This document shows, in pieces, positions 1 to 9,966 of a stretch of 64,000 nt of DNA. Source of the DNA: Zygnema circumcarinatum SAG 698-1b (taxonomy: Eukaryota; Plantae; Zygnematophyceae). Made by a program: the position numbers and the translations under genes. How positions within the stretch are numbered: the stretch's first letter is position 1; each line of letters starts with the position of its first letter. The DNA is taken from the NCBI GenBank assembly GCA_037447605.1, contig CM074811.1:2356001-2420000 (forward strand), in the 5' to 3' direction. The notes under the pieces are model-generated. The model ran no database searches, was not told where the DNA came from, and saw nothing but the letters and a program-made list of their open reading frames with translations.

Positions 1-66
1 GTTCCAATGGCTCGGCAGCGTGAATTAGAAGCTGGAGAAGTACACAAAGGAAGGGCGCGCTCTTAC

Positions 67-157
67 CTGCTTCAGGCGCTAGGGCCACCGCGCAGGCGGG
101 GGCTGAGAGGAGGGCGACGACGAGGCATGCGCGGAGGATGGGAGCGAGGGCGGCCAT
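67..157 (-). CDS. First coding exon (signal peptide) of a secreted-protein gene that runs off the left edge
   Basis: Minus strand reads GCAGCC-ATG then MAALAPILRACLVVALLSAPACAVALAPEA-G, followed by a strong donor CAG|GTAAGA (phase 1). It has a hydrophobic core and AxA-type cleavage sites. Not in the ORF track. Confidence 0.7.
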
Positions 158-1482
158 GGCTGCCGCGGGGGGATGAGAGGAGGGGAGGGAGAGAGAGGGG
201 GGAGAGGGAAGAGAGGGAGGAGAGGGCGAGAGGGAGGGGAGAGAAGTAGGGGAGGGGAGGGAGGAGAGGGATGAGAGGGTGAGAGGGAGGATCGGGAGAG
301 AGGGGGGGAAGAAGGAAGAGAGGGAGGAGAGGGAGGGGCGGGCGGGCGGGCGGGTGAGAGCGCGAGAGAGGGATGTGAGGGAGTGGGAGTGGGAGCTGAC
401 AAGTGCCAGTTCCGTAGAGAGTGCCTCTTAACCTTGGAAAGTGGAAACGCAAACACATGAGCAGGCCGTACGACACCGACGAAATCTTGTACGTACGAGA
501 AGGCGAAATTCGTGACGGCGAAATTTGACCACAAAATGACAGATTGGAATCTTTTGGCGGTTGAAAATTGCCGGAGGGTCATCGGCCGACAAACAAGCAA
601 ACGACGAACAAAGCTTTCAAGATTCGGATCTTGACCTTCGCAACCGGTCCCTAATTGTACCGCCAGAGGACAAAGTGTTGTACGGACGATGTCGGCGTCT
701 TGTCCGCGTCAACGCCATTCAAAGCGTCAGTCTGTGGCGTGCAATGGTGACGCGTGGCCAGCATTTTGGACCGTGCGTTAGGCTTTTTGGCTTTCCCTAA
801 AATCGACTAGAGTAGCGGACGTCGATTAAACCTCCCCCGAAATTTCGACATGAAAGGTACTCTTTCAGGAGCACTCTCCCATTCTTTGGGCGTCCGCTAA
901 GCGGCAGTCCGGCCTCGGGGGGATGCGGCGTTGGTCCCAAGGCGCCGATGGCCATGAGAGCGCAGGGCCTTGTAGGAGAATTCCAATTGAAATTTCTAAA
1001 AATGGTCAGGCCGTCTTATAGAAACACTTTTAGAATGGCCGGACAATTGTACGCATGTACGGACATAAGGCGTAACTGTACGACCAGTGCGAGCGCAAAT
1101 CAAGTTGAAATTCATTGGTCGTACGGTCATGTGAAAAGTGTTCTATAACTCTGAAACTTTTAGGCATTAGAACGTTCTAATTCTGAAATCTAAAACTTTG
1201 AAAGCAGCTTGTACGGAAAAATGTAAGTTGTTAGTCCGTACACGTCCTTGGCCTGTACCGCACCAACCAGTGCTGCGCATCGATTATGTCCGCACACGCC
1301 AAACTTGTCGTGCAGGCTTCGTAAAGACATGCATATGTGTCGATTTACAAGGCCCAGGTAGTGTTCGTACCGTTCCGTACGCTTCTTTTCTTTGCTTTTC
1401 TTGTCCTTTCGTGAACAGCAAGGAAATGTACAAAACCATACTGCAAAGTACGGACAAGCTTTGATCGGCGGCGGCTCGATCC

Positions 1483-1488
1483 TATAAA
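1483..1488 (+). promoter_or_regulatory. TATA box of the trypsin-like gene
   Basis: CCTATAAAG about 120 nt upstream of ATG 1607, followed by a CT-rich leader. Confidence 0.6.
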
Positions 1489-1606
1489 GTGAGCGTCGTG
1501 TCGAGGTCCAAGCAACGCGCTCCGCTTCCCATCCTCCTCCCTCTCGCTCTATCTTTCTATCTCGCTCTCGCTCTCTGTCTCTCTCTCGCGTCTCTCCGCA
1601 GCAGCC

Positions 1607-2575
1607 ATGGCCGTCCTCCTCACCCTCCTGCCCCTCCTCCTTGCGGCCCTGCTTCCTGCGGCAGCGGCGGGCTCTCTTCCAACCGTCACAGTGGCCGCCT
1701 CGAAGGACGTTTCTCTTTCTGCCAAAGCTATAGGTCAATTGTCCCTCTCGGGCAACATGTCCCTCCCCCTCGCCGTCAGCAAGGGCGGCGTGGCTCCCAA
1801 GGGCTTCCTCACCTGCAACACGGGCTCCCCTCCATGGCCGGCCTCCCTCGTCGTGCCGGGCTTCGAGGAGACCGGCCTCGCCTCCGGCGTGGTTCTGCTC
1901 TACTTCACATTCGCCTCCACCGGCCGCACATTCCGCGCCTGCTCGGGGACTCTTATTGCGCCTACTCTCGTGGCTACCGCCGCTTCGTGCGTCTATGACA
2001 CGGACGTGAACGTGTGGCAGATCAACTCAACCGTCACCGTGACCGCATTCACAAGGAGGAACGGAGTGAGCGATGCCTCCTACTCCACCGCCTTCGTCTC
2101 CACCGCTTCGATCTTCAATGGCTTCGTCAACGCGGCCTCGTTTGTGAAAACACTCCTTGACGGCAGCGACATCGCCGTTGTGAAGCTGAGTTCGCCCCTC
2201 ATCGGACAAGCCTTCCAGTGGACCAGCGCCGTGCCAGCCCCATTTCCGCGCGCTGCTTTTGGGTATCCCGCCCAGACAGTCGACGGCAAGAGCATCGTCT
2301 ACGACGTGACGGTGCTGGCCCTCTCGCGCGGCTGCCAGGGCTACTCCGCGAACGTTCTGTGCGAGGACTTGTCGGTGGAGGGCGGGATGGGAGGCGGCCC
2401 TCTCGTCACTCTGACCCCCAGTCTGCTCGCTGTGGGGCTGCTGTCCGCCGCTGCCACGTCCAGCTGTCCGGCGTACTTCACTGCTCTTGTGGGGACCTAC
2501 TCGTTGGAGGTGCTCGCTCGCAGTGTGGGGTGCAATGTGTTCAACAACAACGGCATCTTCTCCGCTTTGTGCTGA
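1607..2575 (+). CDS. Secreted trypsin-like (S1/PA clan) serine protease homologue, catalytically inactive, intronless
   Basis: 322 aa with signal peptide MAVLLTLLPLLLAALLPAAAA. Motifs: CSGTLIAPTLVATAASC (TAAHC with H>S), DIAVVKL (Asp kept), GYPA, GMGGGPL (GDSGGPL with S>G). Confidence 0.85.
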   Translation: MAVLLTLLPLLLAALLPAAAAGSLPTVTVAASKDVSLSAKAIGQLSLSGNMSLPLAVSKGGVAPKGFLTCNTGSPPWPASLVVPGFEETGLASGVVLLYFTFASTGRTFRACSGTLIAPTLVATAASCVYDTDVNVWQINSTVTVTAFTRRNGVSDASYSTAFVSTASIFNGFVNAASFVKTLLDGSDIAVVKLSSPLIGQAFQWTSAVPAPFPRAAFGYPAQTVDGKSIVYDVTVLALSRGCQGYSANVLCEDLSVEGGMGGGPLVTLTPSLLAVGLLSAAATSSCPAYFTALVGTYSLEVLARSVGCNVFNNNGIFSALC

Positions 2576-3345
2576 GCGTCGGGCGATGTGTGGACAGCAC
2601 GCGTGCAACGTTTTTGCGCCCTTGGTCTCGAGTGTTTTGAACTCTTAAGAGGCTAAGAGTGGAAGTTATGCGGTGTGCTGTTTCTCGGAGTGGGTGGACT
2701 TGCAAATACGATTTGTCGACTTTCTATCAAAGATAGAAAGCCGGGACTAGTGGGTAATATTAGGTACTTGCAGGGGAACTTGGTGATTAGGAAATAGGCA
2801 ATGCTGGTATCTCGGCAATAAATTTGTATGTGTATTTGGGTTTAGGAGAGACTTTTGGGCATTACTTGTCGGATCTCTTCTCTGATGAAAAGAAAAGTCA
2901 GTTTACCCTGTGACATTTGGAATGCGAGCTGCTGGAGGGTTTCCATTGATGCTATTTTGGAATCAAGTCACTTCGTTTACCTGTTAATCCGATTCAACGA
3001 TGGGTGACCGTGACACATGCATGTGCATTCACTTATTTTCATCCAATGGGAGTGTCAGCAATCTTGAGAGCAGCGCTTCTCAGCCTCTCTCAATGTCACG
3101 GGCGTCGGAGCTCAAATGCGCGGCTCAAGCGAGGCCGCCGAGCGATGCAGCGCTTGCCAAAATGGCCCAGAATCTCTAATCGCAAGAATCGGACGGCCCA
3201 GATTGGTCGGGCGGCGTCGCCATGCAGCGCATGTCCGTGTGACCGTGAAACTGTCGTCGCAGTGCCAATTCACGCGCCTCCGTTTCCCTGAACTCGCGGA
3301 CATTCCGTACAGCCCCTCCTGTTCGTACAATCCTACCCGTAGGGC

Positions 3346-3383
3346 CGTGGCCCGTAGCCCGTAGCCCGTAGCCCGTAGCCCGT
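3346..3383 (+). repeat. Short tandem repeat (CCCGTAG)n
   Basis: About five consecutive 7-mers. Confidence 0.8.
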
Positions 3384-3899
3384 CCTCCATCGCAAAGAAT
3401 CGTAAACCCGAAATTGGAAATGCCCTTAATCCTAACTTTAATCCCGACCATGGCGGCGGAGCGAAGGCGAAGGCGGCAGGTCCTCCCATGGATGCGCTCT
3501 TCGCAGGTCCTGTGCCGCGCATCCATGGCTGCCAGCGCCGCCTGCAGAAGCACCCTCGTCCAAAGCGTCCGCCGCGCAGTAGCGAGCCATGGCGGCGCGG
3601 AGGAGGGCGGCGGAGCTCGCAGGGTTCAGCAAATTAGGGTTCGGGCTGCCCGGGGAGGGGCTGGGCGCCACGTGGCCGGCCGCCCTGAACCGCCACCTGT
3701 GGTGTGAGGAGGGGCCATTCCGCGATCATGATGATGGGCATGGCTGTGGGGGGGAAGCCATGGGTGCAGAACGGGAGAAGGAAGGACTAGCGGGAGGAGG
3801 AGGAGGAGAAAACATATGGAACCGCTGTGTTTAATGGAAAGTTGATCCTGGAGGCTTTGAAGGGAGCAGTGAAAAATCACGGAGGGAAATTTCTCGAAG

Positions 3900-5405
3900 A
3901 TGTTCCTCGAACTTTGTCGGGAGGTGGGGAGAGAGACGGAGGAGAGAGGAGAGAGAGGAGAGAGAGGGGAAAGACAAAGAGAGGGGGAGAAGGATGAGGG
4001 GGTGATCCAAGATGGAGAAGGGCCATCATATCGGAAAAACTTGGTTGTTGTTCCTCCTGGTCAGGTTGGCAACTTCTCGCCCTCCCTGCCTCTCTTTTTC
4101 TCTCTCGCTTTGCCTCTGTTCTCTCTCTCAAAAAATTGCTTCTAAGGCCTTAATTGATGTGACGAATTTAAGACATGCAGCGGGAGATGGGTATAGAAGC
4201 AAGGAGGCTGTGAATAGGGAGGTAGAGGAGAGACTGAATGCAGGGTGTGAGAGGAGAGTCGAGTCAGGACAATGTTTCCCTGCGAATTTGAATTGGGAGG
4301 CTGCGGGAAGAAGAAATGTGAGAGGAGATTTCAAGCTTAGGAAGCTATCGGAGTTGTGTTTGGAGAGAGAGGAGGCAGAGGAACGAGGGGAGGGAGAGGG
4401 GAGTGAAGGGGGAGAGGAGCGAGAAAGAAACGAGGAGGGAGAGGGGAGAAATGAGAACGAGGAGCGAGAGAAGAGACGGGAGGGAAAGTGGAGACATGAA
4501 ATAGAGGAGCGAAAGAGACGGGCGGAGGGAGCGGGGAGTGATGAGAGGGAGGAGAGAGAAGAAGAAAAGTGCAGATGGAAAGGAGATATGGAGCTCAGAA
4601 AGAATGATTATGTGGAGGGTGATGAAATAAATGGAGAGAAGTGGGAAGAGTATGTAGGTTTGCAGAATTTTGAAGAAGAGAATGAAGGAGCAAGGGAGGT
4701 GGGAGACTCGGAAGAGGGAGAGAAAAATGAATGTGAGGAGCTGAGTTTTGAAGTTAACGGAGGTCAGTCTGCATGGAACACGGCGGGCCGCACAACGGAT
4801 TTCCGTTGGGAGGAGGATGGAGAAGTAAAGCAACATAGAAGTACAGTGAGCGGAGCGACAGCTAGAGTGGCAGATATTTTACGGCAATTAGATGAAAACA
4901 TGAGAGAGAGAACAGAGGAGAGAGGGAGAGAGGGAGAGAGGGAGGCGGATGATGACTTTGAAGTGAGAGGAAGTGAAAGGCTTTCTTGGGACGGGAGATT
5001 GAGTGAAAGGGAGGAGAAAGGAAGGAGAGAATGTTCAGTTCCGTAATAGGCAACAACATGCAACGGAGGAGAAAGCGGCTGACGAGAAGGAGAGAGAGAG
5101 ACGGTTGGGAGAAGGGAATGAAAGAGACGGAACTGAGGGCATAGTACAGGGGAATGTAAATAATTCGACAATTTTGGAAAATGGGGAAGATGATATTGTA
5201 GAGCTTCATGAAAGTAGTTTTGTTTGTATTAGTATGGGAAGGGAGCAATTGGGGTATAAAGGGAGTATTTCAAAAAGGCAGCAATAAAAATGGAACGCCA
5301 AAATCTCGTCGATTAATTACAGATTTTTTCCGTTTTCCGCTGGGCGAATGCAGGCAATCAATCGCAGGGAAAGGGGGGAGGAGGAAGGGAGCGTGTAAAC
5401 CCTAA
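3900..5405 (+). pseudogene. Possible decayed acidic low-complexity coding region
   Basis: Overlapping E/R/G-rich ORFs in shifting frames (3900, 4012, 5003, 5208) with some non-repetitive patches. No recognisable domain. Confidence 0.25.
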
Positions 5406-6639
5406 GAGTGGGAGATGGAGAGGGACAAGGAGAGGAGATGTTGGAGACGGGGAGGCCACTGGAGAAGAGAGGGGAGCGGTAGAGGAGGAAAATAGAGATA
5501 GAGCTCGAGGTGGGAGTGTGAAGTGGAGAAGGAGAGGGAGAGGGAGTGGGAGAGGGAGAGGGAGGGCGAGAGCTGCTAGAGGGGGCCAGTCGAGGGATGG
5601 AGCGAATCTTTGGGAAATTAGTCCCGGAACCAAGTTTCGAGTGGTAAACCCAAAAACCAGCGAATCGAAAACCTTCAAATGACCAGTTTTTCAGATTCTA
5701 AGAATAAAATCCAATTTCATATATACCTCTATATCTCAATATATCTCATTTTTTATCTTTTGGGGAGACATGCTCGAGTGGGAGTGTGATCTGCGTCTTG
5801 AGATGTCAGCTTTTGTTTCTGATCTGTTGCTTTTTGTGAACACACTGATTCTAGACTTGGATGGTTGTTTCTCCCTCGTTTGCCTGTTCCCTCTCTCTCG
5901 TCCTCTCCCTCGCGGTCCCCCTCCCTCCCTCCATCTCTCTGGCGCTCCCCTTTCTCTCCCGCTCCCGCTCTCGTCGCCCTCGCCCTGCCCATTATCTCTC
6001 CCCATTTCCCCATCTCCCTCCACACCTTTCCTCTCCCTCTCTTTCTCCTTCTCCCTCGTCCTCGTCCACGTTTGCTCAATCTCCCTCCATTCCTCCCCCT
6101 TTCGCCCGTCTCCCTCTCTTTTCCCCTCCTCTCCCTCTGTATCCCCATTTCCCTCCCTACGGATCTGCTATACATCCCATCCCATCCCATCCCATCCATC
6201 CCATCAGCGTCCGCCATGCCGTCCGGGGGAATCAGGGGTTTTGTCAGACAGCAAAAAGTTCCGAAAAGCATTACGAAAAAGAAAGTTACGAAAGTACTCC
6301 ATTGCACCCGTATCGCGATGTCACCAGGGTGCTTGTTTTGGTGTAAACTCACACAAAAAAACATCCTGCCGATTTTCAAGTTCGAGATCCCCGGATGGGA
6401 ACTGCTGGCTGTCGAAATTTTCTTCTACCTCGATGCTCGGTTGGAAGTCTTCCTTCGCCAGTGCGCCCACCGCTCCTTTGAGATGCACGGCCCCGGAAGC
6501 CCTCTCCTGGCGATCCTTGCAACTTTTTATGGAGAGCGCATGTCTGTCGCTTTGCAGCGCTGCCTTGCTTCCACCATTCTTTGGCGTGCAGCGGTTGTTG
6601 GTGCCCGTCCCCGCGGTCTCCCACCCCTTCCCCCCCTTG

Positions 6640-6845
6640 CTGCGCCGCACATCGGCGACCTTCGCGGCTGCTTCTAGTGCCTTGTTGTTGAGCCTAGAAG
6701 TAGATTTCCATTTCGAGGCTTTTCTCTTTGTCCTTAGGTCCTCTGTCCCCGCTTCCTCTGGTTCCCTATGTCGATTTTATCCATGTACATTTGATGGCCT
6801 TGCCATCGTGAGTTCAAGCAACCATCTTTTTCCCTTTTTATCCCT
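6640..6845 (+). repeat. Dispersed repeat family R1 (core TCCATGTACATTTGATGGCC...CGTGAG)
   Basis: Similar sequence at about 20390-20580 (opposite orientation), 29586-29710, 52135-52296 and 61396-61550, plus the gap-duplicated copies. Confidence 0.8.
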
Positions 6846-7615
6846 GATGCAAACAAAATTGAAAATCCTTCTGTCCTGTGCGCGGCTGCGATTGGCCTAT
6901 TTTCCGGGGGCGATACGCGGCATCTCCTTATAGGTGCACCGTGTCGGTGATGGGTGCGCCCTCCATCGCGCATCCGTACACAGTTCACGCAGCGGGTCGG
7001 CCACTTCACGACAACACACCTGCACCGCATATTACCTGCCCATGTCCTGTCCACATCCGACTAGTCACGCGAGCAAATTTCTTGTCGTCTTAGGAGCAGC
7101 ATATTCGTCGAAGGCTGGTCAAAACTATACGGCACCGACCACAGCCGCTCATGTCCGACGTCAACAGTCGGTCCTCCCGTCCGGGCTCGAATATTCCGCC
7201 GCCTCTCCCAAGATCCTCGCTGCCACGTAGCCCTCGCACGCGTCAAATTCCTACAGCATGCGCCACGTCACCTCACCTACATTCCACCGACCTACCCTGC
7301 AGCGGCCGTTCCCCTCTCCTCGCGCCACGTAGCAGCTTGGATTCGCCAGCGGATGCCCTTCCCCCGCTCGCTCGACCGAGCGTACGGCGGGCGGCATCCC
7401 CTCATCGCGGCTCCGGGCGGGCGGGCGGCCGGGCGGGCGGGCAGCGAGCGGCAGGCGTAGCTGAGGGAGGGCGGGAGGGCGGCGGCGAGAGGAGAGGAGA
7501 GGAGAGGAGAGGACCTGCTCTCAGAGCGAGCAAGTCGGAGGTATCAGGGGTCTTTCATCTGCAACCTCTGCTCTGTTGTGTAGCAGCATGTATCTCTTAC
7601 AGAAGAGAGGCCTTT

Positions 7616-7712
7616 GTATGCATGTATGTATGTATGTATGCATGTATGTATGTATGTATGTATGTATGTATGTATGTATGTATGTATGTATGTATGTATG
7701 TATGTATGGTAT
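7616..7712 (+). repeat. (GTAT)n microsatellite
   Basis: More than 20 TATG units. Confidence 0.95.
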
Positions 7713-8099
7713 GCATGCACTCTTCGCGTAGAGCGTACGGCGTGCTGTGGGAGACACTGGCTCGGGGAACCGTTCTAAAATCGCTAGTAATTTTTGAGAT
7801 CCGCAAGGTTACGTGTGCTGGATGTGTGAACATGCAAAGCAAATGCTGAGAGGACGTGCCTTAATTCATGCTGCAACGGATTTCTTATTCTGGGGATGAC
7901 CCTCAAGTAGCAACGAGCTACCCAGCAACCTGTAAATGCACTAAGCTGAATGCTTGTTATAAGAGATATCCTGTTAAACCACACATATTGTTAAAACTAA
8001 AACACCCTCCCACTGGGCGGAACATTTGAACGTGCAGTTTTTGACTTGTTCCATTGAAAAATAACTCAGTTGCACGTGTATATTAAGAAGCTAACCGAA

Positions 8100-8249
8100 G
8101 CTTTTTCCAGTAGATCCCCTCTGAGAGGGTAGATACCCCCCTTCTTCCAGCATAAAATACATAAGATAAAATAAGATAAAGTTTAGTTTTCAAAATGTCA
8201 AGGGGAGCTAAGCCCCACTAACTCGTATATACATGTAGGTCCGCCCCTG
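8100..8249 (-). mobile_element. hAT-like MITE relic related to the 33611 element
   Basis: Reverse complement begins CAGGGGCGGACCTACA...GGGGCTTAG, like CAGTGGCGGACCTACA...GGGGCTTAG at 33611. The other end is unclear. Confidence 0.5.
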
Positions 8250-9966
8250 CGCCCAGTGAGCGTGAGCTCAGGGACGTTGCTTCAAGTAAGGGCGCTGTGA
8301 GCTGCCCCTCGTGCGGAGTGCCGCCATCGGCTGGCTCAGAGAGGTTCAGGGTTCAGCTGGGCTCTGTCTGTCTCGCCCCGCCCTCCTTCACTCAGAGGGG
8401 CACCGGGCGCACCGCACCGCACTGCACTGCACTGCGGGGGGGAGATGCTTCCTTCCTTCCTTCCTTCCTTCCTTCTGGCCTGCCAGTGGCACGAGAATGC
8501 TATGCTGTGCTATGCTATGCTATGCTTCGAGTAAGATGATTCTTCCAAAACAAAGAAGAGAACAAGTACTGTGATTGAGGTCATCTAAGGATTGCTTCGC
8601 AAAAAAACGGCGGTCCATTCTGCACGAGCGCTCAGCGCACTCTATGGAGTGGAGGGAGTGCGCAGGGCGGAGGGACCGTGGGCGGGATAGGCAACCATTG
8701 AACAACCATTGGATGGCAATGGTTGAACTTCCAATGGTTGGCAATCCTTGGCAATGGTTGGCTAGGTCGCGAATCAAATGGTTCGCAACCATTCCAACGG
8801 TTGGTCCAATGCTCCGACCTAGAGTGCCATCTATGCATCTAACACACGTGTCGAATTCCAATTAGATTACGAATCTCCCGGCGCCTGTAACGGCTGCCAC
8901 GTGGCAGACCGGGGGGGGGCTCCAGCTGGCAGGGCCTGAATAGTGTTCACACCAGGAACTGTCGCAGTCCTGGGTTTGTCCGTATGGTACGAATATGTAC
9001 GGTCCTGCAGTCGCTGTCGAGCAAATGTGTACGGACCCTGCACGGCCCGCAGCAAGGGCCCGGCGGGGCTCTGGGCAGCAACCGGCCGACCGGTCCAAGA
9101 GGGGGGGCGGGGGCGCTCGCTGCAAGGGCGCCTCGGGTCTGCTCGCCTCTCGCCGCGGCATTGGAGAGAGGGAGGATGCATGCGCCGCGGCGGAATGGAG
9201 CTACAGGATTAGTCTGTATGGCATGCTATAGGAATTATAGGAGCCTGTCGTTGTCCATATTGACAGGAGAAATGACAGCTTACCCTTGCAAGAAGGTTGG
9301 GATCGATGATCAGAGTATGGCAAGACGGTGTAAAAGAAGACGCCTTGTATTCAAATAGCTGGAAAATCTCCATGTTTTATGTATAGCTTGCAATAAATAT
9401 GCGTCAATAAGGCATGCTGAAGAAGTGACGCTGTTCAGCTTGCTGTATGTCAACCTGAATAGTTCCTCCTTGATATGTAGAGATTTCGGTGAATTTCATA
9501 TTATACTGTCTGCTTTGTGCGCTTGTACCTGTACATTCGGCCGCAGCAGTGATTATATAATCAAACGCATCCGGTTCAGCACGCAAATCACTTACGGTAT
9601 GATGAAGGTGATCAAGCAGTTACGGATAATCCGAACATGCGAGGCCTGTGAAATTCCCCAAATATGGGAACGGTCTGGCGTGGTCAACGGGCTGTATGCA
9701 CATTATCAGGCCTTAATCTGGTGAAGCAATGCTAGACAAGTCAAGTCTGTTCTAGCAGAGCATCAAGGTCTTATGCAAGCTTGAGCGGATATCTTTTATT
9801 TTTCCCTAAACTGTCTTTCGCAAGCTCTTTGGTGGCTGGAATTAAGCCACTAGATGATGAATCTGAATATAATTTTTAGGAATCCTAATCATCGGAAAAT
9901 TCAGGAAAATTCATCACCTGCAAAGGTATTCTTTCTGTGGTTGTGATTGTATGCAGAGTTTTGAGG

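Noticed and set aside
5770-7849. ORFs of 387, 270 and 232 aa
   Set aside because: Built from CT tracts, repeat R1 and a microsatellite, with no domain or coherent splice pattern.
8011-8258. CACTGGGCG...CGCCCAGTG as CACTA-type TIRs
   Set aside because: Only 9 bp, with no matching target duplication.
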